64,000 nt of DNA from Fistulifera solaris. Taxonomy: Eukaryota. The stretch lies in contig AP026124.1 in assembly GCA_030295235.1 (NCBI GenBank), positions 1,736,001 to 1,800,000 of the forward strand, in the 5' to 3' direction. The position numbers were made by a program, and so were the translations under genes. This document shows, in pieces, positions 34,501 through 46,098 of the stretch. Each line of letters starts with the position of its first letter. The first letter of the stretch is position 1. A model generated the notes under the pieces. That model was not told the DNA's origin and searched no databases. It saw only the letters and a program-made list of their open reading frames with translations.

Positions 34501-35448
34501 GTCAGTAATTCGTTCCAGATTCTTTTGTTCTTCAGTATCATGTCTCGCTTAATGGGTGACTTCCACGACAACATGAAGTCCGTCAACATGGCCCGCGAGC
34601 TCTGCGACTTGGAAGCTGAGCAAGAACCCGAACGTGAAGTCGAACCCCCGGCTCAGTGGCCGTCCAAGGGAGAAATCCGTTTCGAAGGTGTTGTCATGCC
34701 GTACCTACCCGGTCAACCGCCCACGCTCAAGGGTATCAATTTCAGCATCAGGGAAGGTGAAAAGATTGGTGTCGTTGGACGTACGGGTGCCGGCAAGAGT
34801 TCTTTGATTGTCGCTTTGTACCGCTTGGCTGAAATCTCCGAAGGAAGCATCCATGTCGACAACATTGATTGCGCGAACGTCAACCTGCACAAGCTTCGCA
34901 GCAGCATGGCCATCATCCCCCAAGAACCTGTCATGTTCTCTGGTACGCTCCGTTACAACTTGGATCCCTTCAACCAACACACCGACGAGGCACTGTGGGA
35001 TGTTTTGAAAAAGTGCTTGTTGGGTCCCGTCATCGAAAGCAACAGGGACGGCTTGAATACCAAAGTCGAACTCATGGGCTCCAACTTCTCGCTCGGCACC
35101 CAGCAACTAATTTGCTTGGCCCGTGCCATGTTGAATCCTTCCCGCATCTTGTTGTTGGACGAAGCGACCGCGGCCCTCGACTCCGATACGAACGCGGCCG
35201 TGCAACAGGTCTTGCATAAGCACTTCTCGCACCGAACTATTTTTACCATTGCGCACCGATTGGATACTATCATTGATTCCGATCGCATCTTGGTAATGAA
35301 TGCTGGTGTGGTTGCCGAGTTTGACACACCGCACAATTTGTTGGAAGACCACGATTCGATCTTCCATGAGTTGTGTATGAACACCGGTAAGGCACAGTTC
35401 GAAGTTCTCGCCGCCAGAGCCCGTGCGCTCGCCAATGAGAGGAAGTAA
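31579..35448 (+). CDS. ABCC/MRP-type full ABC transporter, HLA3-like (candidate bicarbonate transporter)
   Basis: TMD1-NBD1-TMD2-NBD2 layout. NBD1: GSVASGKS, LSGGQKQR, YVLDSPLSAVD. NBD2: GRTGAGKS, FSLGTQQ, LLLDEATAALD, IAHRL. No introns. Three single-base deletions (near 32118, 33627, 33882) join four ORFs into about 1290 aa. Confidence 0.9.
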
Positions 35449-36123
35449 AAGAAAGAAGCGAACAAGCTTCTAAGTTGATTGTATGAAGAGAGTCAATTAT
35501 TCTCGTCCGACGATAGAATAAAAGTAGTAGTGAATTGCGGCTTATATGTAGCACTTAATCTTTTTTTGCAGTAAAAGCATCTGAGGAGTTGGTTGCCGAT
35601 TGTCAATTTGTAGAATCACGACGAATACAGGGACCCATGGATTCGTAACCATGGGAACTCCACTCGCATGTCTCGGAATGTCAACAACAAGAAGCACGTA
35701 GTTCGAGCGCTTATGCAATCAATAGTTCCCCAAAGTGAGCATTGAAATCGTTTTCGTTATCCTTGAATTTCGATCAAAGGGAGGAAAGGTTATAATGAGA
35801 ATTTTCAAATGGAGAATGGTGTCTGTGGCAGCAATAAATCGTTTTTTTGTCGGCGGAAGCATGACTGGAACATATTATTCGATCACGAAACTTCCATCTA
35901 TAATACAAACCACCTTTTGAGGCTAGGTCGCTTATCGTTCTCATTATCTCAGACCAACTGCATGAAGTCCGCTGCGCTCTAGACGCACTGTCGAACTGCG
36001 GTGTTTTCCAATGAGCTCTTCTTTTATTATTTTTTTAATTTTTAAATTTGTGTCTTTTATAGAAGATTTATGTTTATCTTGTGGATACTTGTCTACTCGA
36101 TCTGTTTGATCACTTCTTGTACT

Positions 36124-38266
36124 TCAAATGAAATACCGTTTTACTCGCATTTTATCTAGTCCGCAAGTCAGAGCAGAAAGTGTTGTCTTCAATTCCTCGG
36201 CTATATCTTGTAAGCGTACCATCCCTTGGTCCTCTTCTTCATCCGCGGGTCCCCATAAAATAGCCGTGTCTCCTACGCGAACGGAAGCACCAACCTTGTC
36301 TTCTTTGTCTCCGACCGGGCCAAGGTCTACCATCATCATGTCCATACAAATATTACCAGCAACGGGGAACACTTTCCCGCGTATTTGGACTTTGCCGACC
36401 CCGTTCCCGAGTGCCCGAGGGTACCCATCCGCAAAACCAATCGTCAATGTAGCTATCCTGACATCATGCGGAGCAACGTAGGCGCGGTCGTAACCGACGC
36501 TGTCGCCAGTCTTTAGGATTGCAACATGCCGTATAGATGCACAAAGAGTTGATACCGCTTTTAGTTGCGGAAAAGCAGGACGTTGTCCAAAGATGGCACC
36601 TCCAACCCGGACAAAGCCTCTCGTGGTAGAGCCGTCTTGGCTAAGAATTTTCTCCGCATCGAAATGTGTAAGAGACGTCGTAAGTAATGCTGCCGAGTTA
36701 TCCGTGCTCACAGTAGGAACATTGATCCCAGCAGCTCTAACACGATTTAAAAGAAAGATGAACTTCTCCATCTGCGAATGAGAATATGTTGACGTTGCGT
36801 TGGCTTCGGCCATGTGTGTGCACATGCCGAAAAATTCAATCGGGGCATTGAAGAGAATCTCTGCGTCCACCAACTCTTTCAATATCTCAATTGTATCGCG
36901 TCGTTGTTCATTTTTATCGGGCTTGTCGACCTTAAAACCAAGTCTTCCCATTCCTGTATCAACGGAAGCGTGCCATCGCAGCCTTTTTCGTACTGCCATA
37001 GAGAGAGCGGCCGAACACGCTGTTGTGCTTCCGCCATCCATTTCACCGAAAGTTCCAATATTATGATTGCTGTTCATCTTTGCTAATTCGCGAGCCCTAG
37101 CGTTGCGTGCTTCCGCGTCAATGCCCGCAAAAACGGAACACGTTTTGCGAGTTTGGGAATCCGAGTTCGGCGCCGACACAAATACTTGTCTTTCTGTATC
37201 ATGGGATTCTGTCGAAGAATTATCAGTCGACACTGGATTTGATGCAAGGGCTTTTCCCTGGCGCTCCTCGAGTTGATTTACCGCTTCTTTGGCGGCTTTT
37301 TGACCCAAAAGGAGCGCCCTGACTTCCTTTGCCAGATCCTGACCTTGAACATTGCCAAGCGTATTTGGCGGATGAATGAGTGATTGTCGATTGATGGGGT
37401 GACCATCCTCCGTCCCAGAATCTTGGGGATTCCAAAGTGAATTATGTGTAAGGTTGTCCTTCAAAACGTTTGGTAAGTCCAGATTTACAGGTACTTTGAA
37501 GTTGTTGTTTTGAGCTTGGTCGGCATCCCTTGGAACAAGCGGTGCGAACAGAGCCTTCGCCTTAGCTTCATTCGCCGCCTGTTCCACTTCGATGCACTTT
37601 TCTCTCCTTTGAGTTTCTCACCCATGCCAGTAACTGCTCCGCTACTTCGGGACCTGACACCATCAGTTCGATTCCATGATACAAGTAGTCATCAAAGCAC
37701 CGTGGAAAATTTACCGGTGGTCCCAAAACGATGATACGTATCCGAGAAGGTCTCATACTCGGATTTCTTAAGGACACCGGTTCCACGTCATCATTATGGG
37801 TTGAAGACGTTACATTCGCCCAAAAAGAGGGATGACTACTATCCAGCGCTACGTGAAAATGCGAGGCAAGCTGTTTCGACCAACGTCCCGGAGGATTATT
37901 TTCAAACGCCCGACGCAGCTGGATGGCTTCTTCAAGGGTCGCGACTGCAAAGGCATCTGCCCCGCAGCAATCAGCGAGATGCAAGGCGGTCGCAATGGCG
38001 CCGTGGCCGTAACCATCGGCTTTGACGACGGTAATAACCGAGCAACTCTGTTCATTCGCGGCTGCTTCGACGCACGCGTAGTTGTGTTCCAGTGCCGACA
38101 AGCAGATACGATGCACAACTCTCTGTTCTTCCTCCTTTGATTTTATAGTTTGTCTGAGTTGAGTTTGATCATCGACGGTAACACCTTTCGTTCGACCCTC
38201 CGCCTCGGGCGTCGGTGAATTCGACGTACTGCAATGATAGCTTGAAAATGTCCTGGGGCGCGTCAT
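36124..38266 (-). CDS. alr: Alanine racemase (PLP-dependent) with long insertions
   Basis: PLP-Lys motif VVKADGYGHGA, AVATLEEAIQLR, VDTGMGRLG, CTHMA, catalytic-Tyr motif GDSVGYDRAY, IGFADGYPR and AGNICMD. One frameshift near 37598. Confidence 0.9.
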
Positions 38267-38775
38267 ATTTCCCGCAGATGGGCGCCCGCTGAACTGCTAT
38301 GTCAAGGGAGGATAGAGAGCAAAGACAAATGTGCATTTTTGTATCAGAAAGTTGCATTTCGAGGTCAATCAAAAGGTCACGTGTCACATCTTTCCAACGA
38401 AATCCATGTCCTGGCGGATTTTGCAGAAAAATGGACCTTGATCACTAAAAACCAGAGCGTTTCTGCCACGTTTTTTTCTTAGCAAGAGTGTTTCCCGGGA
38501 TAGTTTCCTTTCATTCACGAGCTTACCGAGTCCAGTCTGTCCGTGCGTCCTCATGAGCTGCACGTCACTCCAACCCCAGAGGTGACAACTAACTAACTTC
38601 AGCATTGTTCTGGACTAGGAGGCCTACATTGTCATGTTTGACAAAATTCTTTGACATTTTGTCTACTCTTTGCGGATGGATGGCGGTCGAATGATCGACA
38701 GTAGCATCACTCTAACATGTAACCTAACCTACAACTATGTGATTTTAGTCATTTGACATATAAAGCTATTACATT

Positions 38776-40376
38776 TTACTCAGTTGCCACATCCCAACTT
38801 TTTACTTTCTTATAGTGAGGACCTTGATCTGAATATTTCTCCAATTGCCTTACAAGCTCGTCGGACAAGAGACCTTTGAGGGGACTCGAAAGTATGGCTT
38901 GAATGATCGCATACTTCGCTTCACGACCCTCTTTCGTCTGTTCCATATCGCGCGACAACATCATGGGAAAGAATTCACCATGATTCCAAAGTACTTGTCC
39001 AGCTGTAGGCATTTTTGCCACAGCCCGCAACAGCTCATACACACCGAGACGGACTTCAGGATTGGGGGACCTCACCATTGATAAAAGAAGTTCCATTGTA
39101 TCACCCCGGAAGCTACTTGAATTCGCTTCACCGATACACGCGAATAACTTCATAGTCATAGCGTCGGATGGTGGTTTGGGCGTCCAGCTGTCTGTATTCT
39201 CCACAATAATCATGCTTGGATCCAACACGTGTGCAATGGATATTAGAATCGCCGCCTTCAATTTCGACTGTGCCACCGACTGAAACGATAGCCAAGCGTA
39301 CCGAGTAACTGGATCGCTGATAATCAACTCCATCGCTTCATCCGAGGCCGAGGCAAACGCGGAGATGGCATCAATCATGGTAAAACGATCGACTTCGGAG
39401 CCACTGGTTTGTTCATCCCAATGATGCAAAGCTTTATGAAAGGACGTTAGCAAAAGTGACTGTCGTGTTCGGCCGTCGCACGTGTTGTGTCCCAATGCAA
39501 AAGCTTACAGAGTCTGGCCACGACACGAAGTGCGGATCCTCCCAAGAGGGCATCTGGTACTTTGGAAGATGAATCGGCTGATACACCCGCCATGCTTAGA
39601 ATTGTCCGCAAAGGAAAGCCTTCTTGCGACGTCAAAAGCCATTGAGTCCGCGAGGGATGAAATGGTTGTGTCGACGCAAGGCGCTCGAACAAATCCAAGG
39701 CCGATATTTGTAACAGAGGGTCAGAATCGTATGTCAACGTAGTAACAATGCTATTGAAGGCAGCTGTAGAGAGTGCTACACGCATGAAGGTATCTTCCAT
39801 CAAGACCAATTCGACCATCGCAGTACCGCACCGTACACAGGTAGTACTCGCATTGACCGCAGTCGGACCGGAAGATGAAATGAGTTGTTGCCAACTTTCC
39901 TTCCATAGATTTTGTAGCACTGGTATGACTTGTTCGACAAAAACCGAACCTAATCGACGGGCTGTGCAGACGAGAACGGTCGTGGCATTGTCGGCTACTT
40001 GAACATCTTCCCCGCGTAATTGAGAAACGATTACCAGCAGCAATTCCGAAGATACACAGAGAGGATCGGTCGTGCTTTGACTCAAACGAGTCACTTCTTC
40101 CAGTACGGCTTGCGATGTCGGTTTGAGAAACACTGTTGGTTCCGATGCTACCAAAGCGCCCATCAGAGACAAAGCTTCACTGCTGGATATTATATTGTTC
40201 TCATGGACGTCTCGAAACAAGAATGGAACCAAAACGCTCATTGTATTTGCTGGAGAGGAATTATTCTTCAATTCCTTCATCATCTGCGGATCCAGCGATT
40301 GGGATGTCGCCAGTCCCTGACATAATTGCTGTAACCGAGATAAAACTTTCTCATTCGCTGAAGTATCAACCGGCAT
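38776..40376 (-). CDS. PSMD5: 26S proteasome assembly chaperone PSMD5/S5b/Hsm3-like ARM protein
   Basis: DSDPLLQISALDL, SPNPEVRLGVYELL and a C-terminus TKEGREAKYAIIQAI...LEKYSDQGPHY resembling PSMD5. One frameshift near 39500. Confidence 0.7.
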
Positions 40377-41390
40377 TTTCGTTATTTTTATTCTATACAT
40401 TCACAATCAACTGTTTTATTGCATGCTAATTGCTTTTATGCGTTTGAATTTTGAGAGTTTGATTTTCGTCCGTGTTCGAGAAAGATCTCTTCTTGAGTGT
40501 CGCCTCGAGACTCAATGACTATTCATTCCTCAAAATGCAGGCGCCCTTTTCTCGACTAACATTATTTCAGTCCCGTAACTTTATTCACACCACTTATTTC
40601 AATGAAACACACACCGCAAACAATATACTTGTAATCGTTAAATTTCAGCGTAGACGATAAGGGAACACGTAACTCACTCAGTCTTTGACAACCTGTGGGA
40701 GAGTCGTTATGACGTAGTGTAGAAAAAAGCGCTTCTATGCCATTTCCTAAAATTGCATCTATTTTTACTATCATGCAAATTGTAAAAATGACACTTCCGA
40801 CTCAACCAGTTTTCAGTCCCGAATACATTCCTCGCAATAAAGTAGCACTCATTCGTCAGACACTAATAAATGATAAACTAATAAAGGTTTTAGAAGTATC
40901 CAAGCTCATCTATGAAAGCTCCCGCGGCATTTTAATGATTATGTTCCCAGAACATATTACGTCAATTGCTTTCATTTGTTTCTTTTGAAAAAGTTTACTA
41001 ACTATAATAGTCCTTAACCCTAATATGAAACTAGCAGGTTGATTGGTGTAACAGTTTTCCGAGTTCCGAGGCGCTGACTCCGTTTCAATAAATTTCTGAC
41101 TTTTTTCGTCCATTATCCATTATAGCGAATCATGGTGATGTTTCGACACTAAAAAGAGCTCACAAATGTAAGACTTTTCGAAAGCGGCAGAGAGATATCC
41201 TTTGAGAGCGTTTTCAGTGTCTTTCCTCACACCGCAGTGCAGTGAAAGGTTAAACACGCATTCAACCATTCGTTTCCTTCATTTCATCATTGTCGGGTGG
41301 GTCCTTCTTCACCAGTTCCTCCCATCGGTCCGGGGATTCGTGCAGTACAAGAGACATTCTTTCAGTGCCACCGCTTCTACTTTGCTCAAC

Positions 41391-43257
41391 ATGCACGACG
41401 TTAGTATCCACTGGTATCGAAACGGTCTCCGTTTCCATGACAATCCGACTCTGCTAGATGCCTGCCAGCAATCCAAGACAATGCTGCCACTCTATGTAAT
41501 CGATCCAGACGCTCCCTTTGCACAAACACAAGGCCTCCGACCCGCATGTATTCGAGCTAATTTCGTAATGGAATCTATTCAAGAGGTCGACAAAAAGTTG
41601 CGAAACATGAACAGTCAAATGATTGTCATCTTGGGGAAACCAAAGCAAGTGATTCCGGAAGTTGTGGCGCTTCTCGGTGCTTCGGCATTGTTCTACGAGC
41701 AGGAAGCGGCAGCCCCGATTCGAAAAGCTGACGCAGAAATCTTGCAGGAGCTCAAAAGCAAGGTGGGAACGGATTGCGATTGCAAAGGTTACCCCACACA
41801 TTCGTTGCATCCGATGGAACTGTATCTATCCAAATGCAAAGGTAATGTCGCGCCATCCTCATATGGAGCGTTCACGAAAATCTTTAACAGTCTCAAAGTG
41901 CCGAAAGAAGTGGAGGAAGTGACGCAAGTGCCTCCATTACCGGAGGATGCATTGCGCAAGCTGAAGGACAAATTTGGGGAGCAATTGCGGTTGCCGTCGT
42001 TAGAAGATTTGGGTTACGAGAATACCAAAGAGAAGCTAAAGAATCGTGCGAAAGGTGGGATTGATTTTATTGGAGGAGAAGACGCTGGTTTGGCATTGCT
42101 TCGATACATGATGAGTCGCAAACAGTGGGTCGCAACCTTTGAGAAACCGAACACGAGCCCGAATGCTCTTAAGGTCGATACAACTGGATTGAGTCCTTGT
42201 AAGTGCTTGTTTTGAAACGTGTTTGAAAGGTATGTAGTGTGACTAACATGACGTATAGATGTGAAGCACGGATGTGTATCTCCTAGGACATTCTACCACC
42301 AACTGTCAAAAGTCTACGCCCAGTTCAACTCGAAGGAAATATCTAAGCCACCCGTATCCTTGCATGGACAGTTGATGTGGCGGGAATACAATTATTTAAT
42401 GGGATACAGCACTCCAAACTTTCATCAAATGGCGGATAATCCTGTGATGCGACAAATCCCCTGGGACGACGATCCTCAGCTCTTGAGTGTATGGGAAAAC
42501 TCGCAGACGGGGTATCCCTTTATCGACGCACTCATGACCCAATTTCGTGAAACAGGATTTCTTCATCATCTTGGACGACACGCAGTAGCTTGTTTCTTGA
42601 CACGAGGCGACCTCTGGCAGAGTTGGGAGAAAGGTGCCGAAGTATTCGAGTATTATTTGGTTGACGCCGATTGGTCGATCAACAATTTCAACTGGCAATG
42701 TAAGTTAGCTGTTTCAGAAAGCATTATTCTTTACCTAAAATGCTCCTTTCTCTAACTTGTGTTGGTATTTACAGGGTTGTCTTGCTCGGCGCACTTTTAC
42801 CAGTATTTTCGATGCTATAGTCCGGTGGCGTTCGGTACGTGTGTTGCTTTTGTTGTCACTATGACTGCCGGCGCATGTGGACCTTGCTAACACAGTCGTA
42901 TCATTGCAATAGGCAAGAAGACTGATCCTGATGGTACTTATATCAGAAAGTGGCTTCCCATGTTCAAAGATATGCCGTCGAAATTTATTTACGAGCCATG
43001 GGAGGCTCCCTTGGCGGTTCAGGGAGAAATGTGGTGTCATCATTGGAAAAGATTACCCCTATCCGATCGTTGATCATAAGATCGTTAGCAAAGATAACAT
43101 GAGTAGAATGAAGGAAGCGTACGATTCTCAGAAAAACGGTTTGCCCATGCCGGAATCACAACCTGTGGAAACGAATGAAAAGCGTATCACTTTCGCCGAT
43201 TCTTCCAACTCGGAGGATGCGTCACAAGAACCGGACAGCAAGCGGAGAAAGAAATGA
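41391..43257 (+). CDS. CPF1: Cryptochrome/(6-4) photolyase family protein 1
   Basis: IHWYRNGLRFHDNPTL, TTGLSPYVKHGCVS, LHGQLMWRE, TGYPFIDALM, HHLGRHAVACFLTRGDLWQSWE, DADWSINNFNWQWLS, YEPWEAP and C-terminal NLS-like KRRKK. Introns 42199-42258, 42700-42774 and 42835-42912. One extra G near 43022. Confidence 0.93.
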
Positions 43258-43403
43258 AAAATAATTTGTTTGTTCCGCTTAAGCCCGAGATATAACAATA
43301 CTTATATAAATAATTTCATTAGCAATTGGCTTGTCAGTCTGGCCTGTCAATATCCTAGTCTCCTTCCTTGTTAACTAACTTTCGTTGTAATACAACAGAC
43401 AGC

Positions 43404-43823
43404 TTACCAGCCGTCATCTGCATCTTCTAACGCCTTTCTCTTGGCTTCTTCTGATACCTCAAACGATTCTCCGGTTTTACCCGTTTGCCTCAAAGCATTC
43501 TCCAGTTGTGCGGTAAGAGAACCTAGATCGTCGACGGAAGACACTTCGACATCTTCCAACAGCCCTCCGGCAATTCGAGTACTCATGGACTCCGAAAGAC
43601 CTCCTCCGCGTTCCTTCGCACGTTCACCTTGTTGCTCCGTGAATGCAACCAAGCCGATCCCAAATGCCAATCCCCCAACACCGACCGCCGCTCCGAGAAG
43701 GACGTTTTGGTCGACCATTTGCAGAGAAGTGGTCGATCTTGGCGACAGGGACGGAAGAACGGCGTAACCAGACGCACCGGAAACAAAGGCGCAAATTGTG
43801 ATAAATTTTCCCATGAAAGTCAT
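43404..43823 (-). CDS. Small plastid-targeted single-TM hypothetical protein
   Basis: Signal peptide ...AFVSGASG|YAVLP, Ser/Thr-rich transit peptide ending STTSLQM, one TM helix (LLGAAVGVGGLAFGIGLVAF) and an acidic tail ending DDGW. Confidence 0.75.
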   Translation of the reverse strand: MTFMGKFITICAFVSGASGYAVLPSLSPRSTTSLQMVDQNVLLGAAVGVGGLAFGIGLVAFTEQQGERAKERGGGLSESMSTRIAGGLLEDVEVSSVDDLGSLTAQLENALRQTGKTGESFEVSEEAKRKALEDADDGW

Positions 43824-44291
43824 GATTGGGTGTTTCTTGCTCTACGATTTTAAAACACAACTTTTGTTTTAAAAGAAAGGGCGGGTCGACTTTTGTTATG
43901 TGACATGTGACGTTACTGGTATGCGATTTTGCGGCCAAGTCGATTTTACATACGTGTTTCACTCTCTTATAGAGTGCGAGTGAGTCAGTCACCAAAATGA
44001 GAGGTGGTGCCTATACGACAAAGCTAAGGAATTAGAGACGTTCGTAAAATTTGGCGGTCCAGTCTGTCTTTGGTCTTGAGCCTAGAGAGCACTCTTCTTA
44101 GTTCAATTTTTCTTCACCCATAAAAGTGGGATTCAACCTCAACTGCCAAGCATGATTTTACAAGCTCCCAGTGCACAAGTTCGACGACCTAAGAATCAAG
44201 CCGCGACGATAAGGTTTTCGAAACAGCTAATATCACTATGTTTATATTAAACAATAGAAGGACAAAGCTAAGCATGTGGGAAAAATGAAAT

Positions 44292-45159
44292 TTACTCGAC
44301 GTACATAATCTTCCCTGCGTTCAAGGTGATTGTTTGACTGATCTGATCTCGCCTCCATCGTTCCGGTTTGTGACTCACAGTCGCGACGAGCGCTCCCGTT
44401 GCTTGTACTAGTGTCCATAAACCTTGCTGGACAGCTTGTATAACTGTTGAAGTCTCGGTATCCATCCACTCGTCAAGCAAAAAAAATCGGTGCTGGGAGA
44501 AGCACTTTATCATCCTCAGTCCGTCGAATGTCACTCGAACAGCTACTCTGGAGACAGGCTAAAAGCAGTGTGAACCGGTACGTTTCCGAAGGCGAAAACT
44601 GCGAGGGCTTTTTGTGAAGCCAATCGTCATTTTGACCTCTTTGCAAACCCAAATAGTCGGCGAAGAGCGAGGTGATTTCCTCACGAGTAGTCTTATCAAG
44701 TATGTCTTCATTTCCAGACCATTGCTGATCAAGAACTTCTTTTATTCGTAGACGAGCTTCGTACGGAGGCTTTTGATCGAGATAGATGGGTATGGCAGGT
44801 TCACAATCAGGTGTTGCTACTAGTGTAACGGTACCCGTAACGGTTCCACCAGTCGTCGTTGATTGTTGTGTTTGATTCCAGATAGCCTTGAGTAACGTCG
44901 ATTTACCACTGGAAGATGACCCTCGAATAAAACAGAAATCCCTTAAAGATACATTAATGTTGTCGAGCGCTTTTTCACGGTATGGAACCGACGAAAGAAA
45001 TCGGCGTTGCCATGTGAGCGGGAACGATAGGGTGAAATTCTCGATCTCGACAGGAGAAGGCTGAAATTGGACGCGGGCGCGTGCAGTGGAAAGCGCCTTG
45101 GAGAGAGGCACTAAGGTAAAGAGATAGATGCTTGCACGCAAAATGAAGATCCTCTGCAT
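44292..45159 (-). CDS. Stand-alone ABC ATPase-like protein with signal peptide
   Basis: Signal-like MQRIFILRASIYLFTLVPLSKA, Walker A GSSSSGKST, degenerate signature FSPSE, Walker B FLLDE (after removing one extra T near 44480) and H-loop VSH. Confidence 0.7.
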
Positions 45160-46098
45160 CCCATGAATCCTTGCTGATGTTAACGAATTATGCCCCTCTT
45201 TTTCAGTTTTTGAAAGTGCGGCCATTTTACCACAGTTCCTGGTACAGTACAAGTACAAAGTAAAAGCCTGAATTGTCAGGTCTACGATACCACGACTGCA
45301 TTGCAGTCACGAGTCAATAACTTCTACTTTTAAACTTTCATGTGTTTTCCTCTCGTGGTAAATGCATAGTCGTCATGATGATGATGCAACTACCACTACA
45401 TCGAAAAACGATGCGGATTTTCTTCTTCCATATTTACAAGTACTATAGCTATAGTCCGAAGGTAGGCGACCTTTCATCGCGATTGCATTTCAGTCATGAG
45501 TCATGCATAAAAAACCCTAACGTTCATTCGTTATCCTGTCGCTGTAAGCTACATATGTCGTAATCACAAAGCAACTATCATCAGCAGTTTTTTCAATGCA
45601 CGCCTTGACTCCTTACGGCGGAAAACTGTGCGGACGGATTGTTTTCTTCCATTATAAACTATAGGGACAGATAGTGAAGTCCCGTAAACTTGTACTCGCC
45701 GACGAATGACGAAGTGACATTGACGTCATGATCGACCGTTGATTTTGAGGAGGAATAAAGACGACGATGAATGGAACAGAATGATGACTATAAAATCTCG
45801 TCATCATTTGTTCAGCTCATCACAACCGGATGGGAGGTTTGTAAAAGTGGCAGCAATTACATAACTTAACTTGTGATTATTGCTTCTCCGTTTCCAAGTT
45901 CTAGGACGACACAAAAGAATGAAAAGCGACGAGGAAATTCTCTTGTTTGGTCTGTTCTCGTTGTCCACACATCGAGATCATCACATCATAGATGCGCCGA
46001 CGTACTTTCATTATGAGGCAGAGATTGCAGCTATATCAATCTTTTTCTTTCGATCAACTGTTGTTCACTCACGGGAAAATCGATTTATAAGCTATTTG

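Noticed and set aside
31579..35448. Programmed ribosomal frameshifting or a multi-gene operon in the ABCC locus
   Set aside because: Each break is fixed by adding one base to a homopolymer, and the same kind of break occurs in unrelated housekeeping genes in both directions.
32138..35554. Numerous antisense and alternative-frame ORFs over the ABCC gene and other genes
   Set aside because: These are shadow ORFs expected from strong codon bias and show no domain signatures.
40560..41120. AT-rich island as a centromere or telomere-related sequence
   Set aside because: A rough hand count gives only about 35% GC over a short span, and there is just one isolated TTAACCCTAA.
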